This document shows, in pieces, positions 36,301 to 43,845 of a DNA stretch of 64,000 nt. Position 1 is the stretch's first letter. The number at the start of each line of letters is the position of its first letter. Both the position numbers and the translations under genes were made by a program. The notes beneath the pieces were generated by a model. It was not told the origin of the DNA and searched no databases. It saw nothing but the letters and a program-made list of their open reading frames with translations. The stretch is from a virus, in IMG/VR virus record IMGVR_UViG_3300047274_000223; one strand, written 5' to 3'.

Positions 36301-37285
36301 ATCATCATATAGAAGTTATGCTGATCAAGAAAGAGTTAAGAGGGAGTTACCGCATCTTGCTGCACAACCAGGAACATCAAAGCACGGTTGGGGAATTGCT
36401 TTAGATATTGGTGTTGCAAAGCAACAAGATTGGATGCACAAAAATAGTAAAAAATATGGATGGGTTAATCCTGCATGGGCAAAATCTTCTCCATATGAAC
36501 CATGGCACTTTGAAAAAACTGGAGTACCAACGGGATCCACAACTTCATCACCTTCTGGTAATGGAACAGAACCAACTGGTTCTGGTGATGATACTTCAAG
36601 TGGAGCAGATACTGAAGAAAAATCCAAAGAACAGATTCTTGCCGAAATGGCAGCTGCTATTGATAAAGTAAATAATATGCTTTATGGAACTCCGATTCCG
36701 AACTCATCGGAGAATGCACAACTACCAGATAAGGTATGGATCAACAAGAAGACGGGAGAAGTATCTCTAAAAGAACCTCCAGCAGATAAAAAATCCGAGT
36801 ATGAGGAGAAGAAGACTGCAGAACTGAGTGCAGAACAAAAGGAAAAGGCACAAAAGTTACTACCAAAAACTCCACCAAAAACAACTCCTTCTGGAACTAA
36901 ACCAACTCCAACACCAGGACAGCAAACACCACCAACACCAGGAATGCCACCAGGAGCATTAGTTGCTGGACAGAGACCAGATAAAGCACTTACTAGAGAA
37001 CAGTTCAGAGCAGTTCAACAAGCGAGAGCAGCAGCTTCTCAGATGGGTCTTACTGGAATGGATAAAGAGAGATTCATTGCTAAAGCAGCAATGAATGCTG
37101 GTTCTTCTGGAGCATCTCTTTCGCAAGCATCTCAGTCTGCTCAAGTAAGTCAGACTATTGAAGACTCGGCCGTAACCACTGTACCTGTACCAATAAATAC
37201 TGGTAGTAGTGTTACTATGGTTGGTGGACATACTCAGACTCAGGTGATCAGACCCCAATCTCAAATCACCCGTGGTTTTGGATAA
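33308..37285 (+). CDS. Tape-measure-like protein 1 with phage tail lysozyme and M15B peptidase domains
   Basis: Helical Ala/Gly/Lys-rich body; AIAGNFAHES...GWAQWT; SYRSYADQ...SKHGWGIALD...EPWH. Confidence 0.75.
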   Translation: MSISAIKPYKFVNPNMITGGLSARVKKDGEKGGATIIAAGKKITGPKEEGPAAVKAGRTTLLAFNRIGFTLYSIGKAQSSWAKLVVGEGKLIKENTAFRRRKKQYLRDQEAEAKQESSPGLKPIKEEGKKAVDKKEKKEQSWLEKLFAPFRGLIEFALRIAITQGVLRWVADPKNYDKIQVFVDNAAKVFNFLFNIAYKSIDFFLTGVSNVLGNGEAQGFDRFKQVMTGLGQILIGIAGFKALSYLNPFNLVGDLLKLIDWFSGNTGAQEVLPQGDISDGKPDAPGAKPKPRAATQKIAEKYGDDAAKYYDDLISRGKSPVQALQTVRGKFKPIPPKPKGALAKIGDKFADMKKGFMGGLESGKKGLLAGWENVKKIGGSISKSVRDKLARSAEWAKKGVTDKLKPIAKGAYDILEKKGIVKNVKKLGVVAKESIQKVPGYSKVMKKVSEEGGQAMLKKIGGKAIPVIGGLVNLYFAYDRLKSGDKSGAALEALSAILDLSGLFGFAPGPALSMALDAYLFGRDFFPDVVKKENEYLDKMINGILAPIKSIQDMLPKIPMLAEGGIIKKPTLAVLGERGPEAVVPLDGSRSSSDQLAATIISSIQGSMDRMGPGGEVAKQLLAGQLGGIKNSLGVGNVLSVGGGESISKTVSIAQQRSGKDTTIDPAEILVGTKNPSFGIGQTSNTMDNLRGALANVLGVFAAITTKNFDVGGSSTISGPPGENDSNTGGDVDTSGVEAASGSVVDKGVAIAKKFMSNLSMTKEAAAAIAGNFAHESGGFIPGIREGGPFGRSSKPWPKGTVRRGYGWAQWTNSVPGDRYDKFIESYGGDYNKIPTNEDNLKFAVQEMRTTNKLPDRFKKMTDTAKAAVWFRANWERAGVHHDGPRISYAKGILAKMAQGGSINSPEKDRKKPGRDTDAGVGNKIYQRTTSQLKGEAIGGVVKLYANGGKFQNGKIPESQLTNIGRGHKVRSGEVADSVKSMIDAAKKDKVDLVSGITSSYRSYADQERVKRELPHLAAQPGTSKHGWGIALDIGVAKQQDWMHKNSKKYGWVNPAWAKSSPYEPWHFEKTGVPTGSTTSSPSGNGTEPTGSGDDTSSGADTEEKSKEQILAEMAAAIDKVNNMLYGTPIPNSSENAQLPDKVWINKKTGEVSLKEPPADKKSEYEEKKTAELSAEQKEKAQKLLPKTPPKTTPSGTKPTPTPGQQTPPTPGMPPGALVAGQRPDKALTREQFRAVQQARAAASQMGLTGMDKERFIAKAAMNAGSSGASLSQASQSAQVSQTIEDSAVTTVPVPINTGSSVTMVGGHTQTQVIRPQSQITRGFG

Positions 37286-37349
37286 TGGCGTTTCTGAACC
37301 GCGCCAAAAAATCATGAAAAAAGAATGTTAAGAAATGTTACAAAAATAA

Positions 37350-40300
37350 ATGGCAGTCACCGTACCAACTTCTAAACCAAAAACCATCTTCTATAAGATG
37401 GTCACCGTACCTAAGGTAAAGACTACACCGCAGAATGCTGCTACGGTGACATCTTATAAAGCCTTTACTACGGGTCTTAATAGATTAGGTGCTACATTAA
37501 ATTCTATGCTTGTGGTAAACAAGCAACTATACGAAAATCTTTCACAAAACCTAAAATTAAAGATTAAGCAAAACGAGGAAGAAAGGAAGGATTTAGACGA
37601 AGAGAAGGCAAAGAAAGGTAAAGGTGGAAAGTTAGATAAATTAGCATCTAACTTTATGTCAACTATGGTCCCAGTGTTGGGAGATTTCTTCGAATCTCTT
37701 ATGGGACTCTTTGGCACCATTATGAGGGCCATATTCACACAAGCAATATTACGATGGATAGCAAATCCAGCAAATCAGGAGAAGTTAACAGTAATATGGA
37801 ATGCTCTGGTTAATTTCTTTAAATTCCTGTGGAACTTCGTAAGTACAAATATCGCAAAAACCTTAAGTGGTCTTTCCGATATGCTCAACAGCAATTTGAG
37901 CTTCTGGGACAGACTTAAGGGTTTTGGAACATTCTTGAGTGGTTTTGGTGCATTACTGCTTGGATTTGTTTTCCTCAAAAAACCAAAATTACTCTTAGAT
38001 GGTGTTAAGTTTGTTCTTAAGACTATTTGGGATTCCGTAACTGGACTGATTAAAGTCCTTAAGGGTAGAAAAGGTAAAGGTAATCTTCCATCTTCGTCAG
38101 GAAAACCAGGAGCTCCTGCTGCTGGAAAACCAGGTGCTGCCCCCGCCTCCCCTGCAGGCAAACCTAGAGGACGTGCAGGAGCACTTCTAAAGGGTATTGC
38201 TGGTGTATCCATGATCGCTGCTCCCATCGTCGTGGGGGGGATGCTAGGCGGCGGAGAAAGTGAGTTCCAAAAGAGTGTTACTGGAGATACTTCTGGTGGA
38301 CAATCGGGCCCAACACCTGCTGCGCCAACTGATGATGCACCTAGACTGAAAGACGGTGGTATTGTAACCAGACCAACGAGAGCAGTTGTTGGTGAAAGAG
38401 GACCAGAGGCAAGAATTCCCTTAACTGGTCCTACCCCAGGTGATAATGCCAAGAGAATGGTATCCGCTGGTATTCAACCACTTCCTTCGGGAATGGGTGG
38501 CTCTGGTGGAGTAGATAGGAAGAAAGCGAAAAGTCTATCCGATCTATATCTAGCACCGTTCCAAGGTATTGGTGCAGGTATCCTTGCAAATATTTCTAAC
38601 GTTGTTGGAAGTATGCCAGGAGCACAACAAATTACACCAGTTATCGGTGATATTGTTGCTCCAATTGCTAATAGTTTTGGTGTTCCGCCATCTCTAGTCA
38701 AGAAACTCACTGGACAAAGTAAGTCAAAAGCAGGCGGAACCAAGAAAGACGAAAGAACATCTAAACTTGCATCCCAATTTGGTAAAGGAAGAGTATCAAA
38801 TGTAACTGGAACTAAATTTGTTCGAAAGGGTGATAATAGTGTTCTTGGTTTACTAACTGATTTGGTTGGCGCTGGCCAAGTTATAGTAAATAAACTTGGA
38901 GGAGAAAAGAAAACAGATACTCCAATACCAGGACCAGCAGGTACTGGTCCTGCAGGAACTAAGACTGAATCTTTAGATCCAACTTCAGCATCTGCTCAAG
39001 CAGCTGCTGCAGCGGGTGCTGGAAGTGTTGACTTGAAAGCCAAAGGTGCTACTAAAGCAATGGAGGCAGGTCAAAGTTCTGAAAATAGACAACAATTTAG
39101 TTCTAAGGCGGGAGATGCAAAGAGAAGGCATCTATCGTTGAAGAAAATTGATGGTAAGGAATATGAAGCTCTTTTAAATACGACAAATGGAGATTATGAG
39201 GTATTTGAAAAAGGATTTTTAGGAATAAAAGGCAAGCAAATTGACATTAAAGCGGATAAAAATAATAAAATCCAACAAGAAGCATTGAATCAAGTTAGAG
39301 CATATTATATTAATAATGATAAATCCCGAGGAGTTGCTCTAAATTACATCACGCAGCAAGATGTTGCTAATAAATTAGCACAAGATAAGAAAAATAATAA
39401 AAAAGCCGGTGGTGGATGGATTTCTGGTCCTATGTCTGGATATCCAGTTTCTTTAGATGGAGGTCAATCAACTTCATTTATTGGACATGGTACAGAATGG
39501 GTTGGTTTCAAAAAGGCAGCTGGTGGATTTAGTGATTCTAGTGCTTTTGTTATACCTTATGATACTCCAGCAACCAAGAACAATCATGGATTAACTAATT
39601 CTAGATTTAAACAAGCAAAATCTGGTGGATATGCTTTACCAACATTTTCTACTGGTGGAGAACTAGAGAAAGCAGAGAGACTTCAGGAAAAGTCTAGTGG
39701 AGATGGAAGACCATACTCTAAGTTTGCTGCTGGTGGTAAGGCTATCCTAGAAGGTGCCAAGAAAGTTGTAGGTATGGGCAAAGGTGAAGGTAATATGTGT
39801 GCATATACTACTAGAGCAGCACTGAAAGCAGCCGGTCATTCGGCAGCAGAAAAGAGAACATCCAAAGGTGACTTAGACTCTAAAGGAACAGCATACAATG
39901 GAAGAAATTATGCTGCATCTTTTGCTGGTAGTGATATGGGATCTGTTATTAAAAGTGCTGGTTCTCTAGAAGCAGGTGATATTGTTCTATGGAAAGGTGG
40001 CGGTGGATACGGTCCTGGTGAAATTACTCACGTTGGTATTAAAGGAGAAGGTAGCGATCTCTGGCACCATGGTAGATCTGCTGGATGGAGAAAAGCATCC
40101 ATGTACACTAACTATGGTGGTCAGCAATTTGCTGCAGGTATCAGATTAGATGGTAAAGCGGGAGAAACAGTTGGTTCTGGAGATACTACAACTGGTGGAG
40201 ACACTACAACTGGTGGAGACACTGAGGCAAAGACAGCGGCAGACATTGCTAAGTCTATGGCGGAAGCAATTGATAAACTCAATGTGCAGTTAGGTCTTAC

Positions 40301-40853
40301 TCCAGCACCTTCATTGCAGGCTCCACCAACTGAAGTCTATGTGAACAGTAAAACTGGAGAGGTCATGGTGAATGATCCATCCAAGACTGCTGGTGCCAAA
40401 CCCGATGAATGGGTCAAGAAGAAAGTTTCAGAACTGAAGCCAGAACAGAAGCAACAATTAGATAAGATCTTAACTAAGAATTCTGTCAATGCTGCTGGAA
40501 ATCAAGCAGGTGCTGAACTCAATAAGATTGGTGCTGGAACTGCAGCTGCTGGATTTGGAGCAGCTGCCTCTGGTGTGAATCTTGCTCCTGCGCCAAAAGG
40601 TACTGATGTCACAAGTGCCACAACTGCAGTCAATGCAGAGAAAGATAAGTTGAAGCAGACATCTAAAGCAGCTGCTGCAGTTGCAGCAGGATCTGTTGCA
40701 ACTACTGGAGCATCCACACAAAAAGTTGTGGCTCCAGCAACAAATGCTCCACCTGCACCGATTATCTTACCTGGACCACCTAGAAGCCTAGATATAGCAG
40801 CATTAAATCCAAGAACATCTATTGTCGCATACCAAATTGCAGGAGTTTATTGA
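37350..40853 (+). CDS. Tape-measure-like protein 2 with NlpC/P60-CHAP-like domain
   Basis: Paralogous motifs to protein 1; MCAYTTRAAL...AGDIVLW...THVGI. Confidence 0.7.
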   Translation: MAVTVPTSKPKTIFYKMVTVPKVKTTPQNAATVTSYKAFTTGLNRLGATLNSMLVVNKQLYENLSQNLKLKIKQNEEERKDLDEEKAKKGKGGKLDKLASNFMSTMVPVLGDFFESLMGLFGTIMRAIFTQAILRWIANPANQEKLTVIWNALVNFFKFLWNFVSTNIAKTLSGLSDMLNSNLSFWDRLKGFGTFLSGFGALLLGFVFLKKPKLLLDGVKFVLKTIWDSVTGLIKVLKGRKGKGNLPSSSGKPGAPAAGKPGAAPASPAGKPRGRAGALLKGIAGVSMIAAPIVVGGMLGGGESEFQKSVTGDTSGGQSGPTPAAPTDDAPRLKDGGIVTRPTRAVVGERGPEARIPLTGPTPGDNAKRMVSAGIQPLPSGMGGSGGVDRKKAKSLSDLYLAPFQGIGAGILANISNVVGSMPGAQQITPVIGDIVAPIANSFGVPPSLVKKLTGQSKSKAGGTKKDERTSKLASQFGKGRVSNVTGTKFVRKGDNSVLGLLTDLVGAGQVIVNKLGGEKKTDTPIPGPAGTGPAGTKTESLDPTSASAQAAAAAGAGSVDLKAKGATKAMEAGQSSENRQQFSSKAGDAKRRHLSLKKIDGKEYEALLNTTNGDYEVFEKGFLGIKGKQIDIKADKNNKIQQEALNQVRAYYINNDKSRGVALNYITQQDVANKLAQDKKNNKKAGGGWISGPMSGYPVSLDGGQSTSFIGHGTEWVGFKKAAGGFSDSSAFVIPYDTPATKNNHGLTNSRFKQAKSGGYALPTFSTGGELEKAERLQEKSSGDGRPYSKFAAGGKAILEGAKKVVGMGKGEGNMCAYTTRAALKAAGHSAAEKRTSKGDLDSKGTAYNGRNYAASFAGSDMGSVIKSAGSLEAGDIVLWKGGGGYGPGEITHVGIKGEGSDLWHHGRSAGWRKASMYTNYGGQQFAAGIRLDGKAGETVGSGDTTTGGDTTTGGDTEAKTAADIAKSMAEAIDKLNVQLGLTPAPSLQAPPTEVYVNSKTGEVMVNDPSKTAGAKPDEWVKKKVSELKPEQKQQLDKILTKNSVNAAGNQAGAELNKIGAGTAAAGFGAAASGVNLAPAPKGTDVTSATTAVNAEKDKLKQTSKAAAAVAAGSVATTGASTQKVVAPATNAPPAPIILPGPPRSLDIAALNPRTSIVAYQIAGVY
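40179..40223 (+). repeat. 18-nt tandem repeat (2.5 copies) encoding GDTTTG linker
   Basis: ggagatactacaactggt ggagacactacaactggt ggagacact. Confidence 0.85.
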
Positions 40854-40856
40854 TAA

Positions 40857-42182
40857 ATGTCTAACAAAACAGGATCTTCAGTACAAACAAAAATAAGATC
40901 AGCAAAATTCAAAACGGAAAATGCAACGTCTGACGATTTTCAGACCATGATTACGGAATTGAATATTATTGAGACTCTGGATTTTCCTTGCATGAGGATG
41001 ACAATTGCAATTAATGATTCTACGGGGATGATTAACCTCATGAGAGGTAATGAAATGGTTGAGATTGTATTGGAAGACGCAATCTCAAGTAAAGTTTACA
41101 CATATAATATGAGAATTTTCAGACTAGGACCAAGAATGCGATATGAGAAAAACGATCAGTACGTTTTGGAGTGTGTGTCTAATGAATTTATGGTGAATGA
41201 AATCATTAACTTATGCAAATCGTATAAAGATAAGAAAGCAAGTGCCATTGTTAAGGACTTACTCAAAGATACTATCTCAACACAAAAGAAACTTTTTATC
41301 GAGAAGACAAAGGATAATATAAAGTGTGTTGCTCCAAATTGGAGACCATTTGACTTTATTAATTGGCTTGGTTTAAGAGCAGTTCGTGACGCAAATGCTA
41401 GACAAGCAGGATTTCTTTTCTGGGAGAATATTAAAGGATTCCATTTTAAATCATTTGATAAAATTATTCAAGATGGTAAGAATCAGAGTAAGGTTTTCAA
41501 ATATAGTTACAATATGAAAAATGTCGGTGAAAGAAATAAAGGAAGGGACATTTTTACAATACAATCAATTAATTACCCAAATGTCTTTGATTCGTTACTT
41601 GGAGTTCGAAATGGTCATTGGGCTGGAGCATTTTGTGGTGTGTCATTGGACTACACAAACAATTCTAAATTGAATAATACAGGTGATGAAATTCCCTATA
41701 GCGGAAAGACTTGGGATATTGTTAAAGTCTACAGTAAGATGGAACATCTTGGAAATAAGAAACCCTTTTTAGATCAAGATCCTGCAATTAAAGCATTATT
41801 GGAGACACCAAGAAGAATTAGATACAGACCCAACCAGTTACACCTTTGGGATACTACTAATGCTGAGTCAAGTCCTCCAGATCAGGGTGAATATGAAGAA
41901 AGATCGGAGGATACTGCAATCTATGCACACTGCCGTAAAGTGTGCTTTGAGATTATTAAATTGAGTATAAAAGTTCCTGGAAATTTATCTCTAAATGCAG
42001 GTGAAGCAATTGATGTTGAGATTCCCAACCCGATAGCCAAAAAAGATAAGATTGAATTGGATAAAACTTATAGTGGTAGATATATTATTGCTGGAATTAG
42101 ACATAAGTATTCTGGTGGTGTTGCCCTAATCACAGAATTGGATTTAGTCAAAGATTCTTTGGGTGATGTAGTTCCCAACTAA
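40857..42182 (+). CDS. Putative baseplate hub protein (gp27-like)
   Basis: Position after tape-measure genes; C-terminal IKVPGNLSLNAGEAI...YSGRYIIAGIRHK typical of hub/late-control-D folds. Confidence 0.55.
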   Translation: MSNKTGSSVQTKIRSAKFKTENATSDDFQTMITELNIIETLDFPCMRMTIAINDSTGMINLMRGNEMVEIVLEDAISSKVYTYNMRIFRLGPRMRYEKNDQYVLECVSNEFMVNEIINLCKSYKDKKASAIVKDLLKDTISTQKKLFIEKTKDNIKCVAPNWRPFDFINWLGLRAVRDANARQAGFLFWENIKGFHFKSFDKIIQDGKNQSKVFKYSYNMKNVGERNKGRDIFTIQSINYPNVFDSLLGVRNGHWAGAFCGVSLDYTNNSKLNNTGDEIPYSGKTWDIVKVYSKMEHLGNKKPFLDQDPAIKALLETPRRIRYRPNQLHLWDTTNAESSPPDQGEYEERSEDTAIYAHCRKVCFEIIKLSIKVPGNLSLNAGEAIDVEIPNPIAKKDKIELDKTYSGRYIIAGIRHKYSGGVALITELDLVKDSLGDVVPN

Positions 42183-42208
42183 ATAGAACGTTCACTCGGA
42201 TACTTTCG

Positions 42209-42421
42209 ATGGAAAACATTGATAAGCACATTGAGCATGATAAAAGACTTCTTGATGATCCTCAGACATCTCCTCAGGCTAGGAGACATACTGAGCAGGA
42301 GTTATCTGCTCTAGAAGCATATAAAGCAAATCACCCTGAAGATACACACGATCCAACTCCCCTAGAGTTATACTGCGACACTCACCCAGACGCGGCAGAG
42401 TGCAGAGTCTACGAGGATTGA
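42209..42421 (+). CDS. cp12: CP12-like Calvin cycle inhibitor
   Basis: C-terminal PTPLELYCDTHPDAAECRVYED; TAAATA at 42180-42185. Confidence 0.9.
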   Translation: MENIDKHIEHDKRLLDDPQTSPQARRHTEQELSALEAYKANHPEDTHDPTPLELYCDTHPDAAECRVYED

Positions 42422-42441
42422 CAGAGTAAAAATTTTGTGTT

Positions 42442-42897
42442 ATGATTACTGAGTTCTTGAGTTGCCTGCTCGGTCGATGGTCAAACAAAGATCAAGCATT
42501 CAGCAATCCAACTAAATATGCATGGATTCTAACTTCTTGGCATGATGTCGGTGATGGTAAGTATTTTTCTAAGCAGTGGTATCACTACATGGGAGAGGAA
42601 AAACCTTACCGAGAAAAGATAAACACTTTTATTGAAACAGAATCTGGCATACTTTTACAAAATTGGAATGCTGATGGAACTAGGAACGAAAAATGTGATG
42701 TCTTAGTCACATTTTCTAAGGGTACATGGTTTGGTAAGAACATCGGAGATGACTGTATCGTTCGCGGTGCAGTCCTCCACTCTGAGTTTCAACTAAGCCC
42801 TGGAAAATTAGTAACCCGCGATGCGGGATACATAGATGATAAACTGATATGGGGTAGCAAAGACTACTATCATTTCGGGCGATTAACTCAGCGGTAG
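42442..42897 (+). CDS. cpeT: CpeT/CpcT-like phycobilin lyase
   Basis: GRWSNKDQAFSNP, SKQWYHY...PYR, RDAGY...IWGS...YHF. Confidence 0.85.
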   Translation: MITEFLSCLLGRWSNKDQAFSNPTKYAWILTSWHDVGDGKYFSKQWYHYMGEEKPYREKINTFIETESGILLQNWNADGTRNEKCDVLVTFSKGTWFGKNIGDDCIVRGAVLHSEFQLSPGKLVTRDAGYIDDKLIWGSKDYYHFGRLTQR

Positions 42898-42948
42898 AGT
42901 GCCTCGTTTACACCGAGTATGTCGGCGGTTCGAATCCGTCATCGCCCA
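42877..42948 (+). tRNA. tRNA-Val(TAC)
   Basis: GGGCGAT/ATCGCCC, loop TT-TAC-AC, GTTCGAATC. Confidence 0.93.
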
Positions 42949-42951
42949 TAT

Positions 42952-43023
42952 GGGAGCATAGCTCAGCGGTAGAGCAATGTGCTGATAACGCAGAGGTCGA
43001 TAGTTCAAATCTATCTGTTCCCA
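42952..43023 (+). tRNA. tRNA-Ile(GAT)
   Basis: GGGAGCA/TGTTCCC, loop CT-GAT-AA, GTTCAAATC. Confidence 0.9.
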
Positions 43024-43067
43024 TTGGTAGTACCAATTTTTATTATAAGAGTCTGAGTATTACCACA

Positions 43068-43135
43068 TAGAGCCGAGGAAGGTGCCCGCTGAGAAGTTGG
43101 GTATACCCCCCTTCTATTCGGATGTAGAGTTCAAT
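43068..43135 (+). ncRNA. Candidate structured leader RNA
   Basis: Nested helices CCGA/TCGG, GAAGG/CCTTC, GTGCCC/GGGTAT ending about 10 nt before ATG 43144. Confidence 0.4.
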
Positions 43136-43143
43136 CGGAGTTA

Positions 43144-43773
43144 ATGTTTAATCACTTTACAGTAGCCATGTCATTATTGGCATCGGTTACAACCAATATG
43201 GCAACACTGCCAGTATTTCCTCCTTTGACGACGCCACCAGCGCCGTTTTCTATTATGAAGGAGTTTGATACGACAGCGACCAAAGAGGTTGCACCTGAGA
43301 AGCCAAAAGAAGCAAGGCTAATTTGTAAAGGGTGTTCTATTAATGAGAGCATCGCTCTCGAATTTTTCCAAGATCTTGGAATTACTGACAGAAACGCCCT
43401 CGCCGTCCTCATGGGTAACATTAAGCAGGAATCTATGTTCGTGCCTAATATCTGTGAAGGTGGTGCAAGGACCAGTTGGAATAACTGCGGAGGCGGTTAT
43501 GGACTGATCCAATGGACATCTGCCAACCGTTACTATGGACTAGGCGATTTCGCCAGGAAATACGGTGGAAGTCCTTCTTCACTTCACACACAACTTCGTT
43601 ATCTAGTTAATGAAGTACAGTGGAAGCGAATTGAAGATAAGATGAAAACCCCAGGTCGTAGTGTATACGACTATATGAATACTACTTACAGTTGGATTGG
43701 GTGGGGTATTCACGGTGCTCGTACACATTACGCCAAAGATTATCTAAACAGATTTGACACGGTGTTAGTGTAA
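43144..43773 (+). CDS. Phage tail-lysozyme-family cell wall hydrolase with hydrophobic N-terminus
   Basis: LAVLMGNIKQES, GYGLIQWT, QLRYL, WIGWG. Confidence 0.8.
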   Translation: MFNHFTVAMSLLASVTTNMATLPVFPPLTTPPAPFSIMKEFDTTATKEVAPEKPKEARLICKGCSINESIALEFFQDLGITDRNALAVLMGNIKQESMFVPNICEGGARTSWNNCGGGYGLIQWTSANRYYGLGDFARKYGGSPSSLHTQLRYLVNEVQWKRIEDKMKTPGRSVYDYMNTTYSWIGWGIHGARTHYAKDYLNRFDTVLV

Positions 43774-43786
43774 AATACACGATGTA

Positions 43787-43813
43787 AGGGGGGTTTAACA
43801 CCCCCCTATTTTT
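43787..43813 (+). terminator. Rho-independent terminator
   Basis: AGGGGGGT-TTAAC-ACCCCCCT plus ATTTTT. Confidence 0.8.
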
Positions 43814-43845
43814 GTATAAATATTTTTGACGATATCTTAATTAAT

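Noticed and set aside
37775-38452. 225-aa minus-strand ORF and other antisense ORFs within the tape-measure genes
   Set aside because: Low-complexity mirror of Gly/Ala/Pro codons of the plus-strand gene
40179-40223. Short direct repeats as possible CRISPR or mini-array
   Set aside because: Adjacent in-frame 18-nt units without spacers; encode a GDTTTG linker. The Cas4-like exonuclease at 26362 is a standard T4-like core gene
43023-43037. Palindrome ATTGGTAGTACCAAT after tRNA-Ile
   Set aside because: Single occurrence; best explained as a weak terminator or processing hairpin
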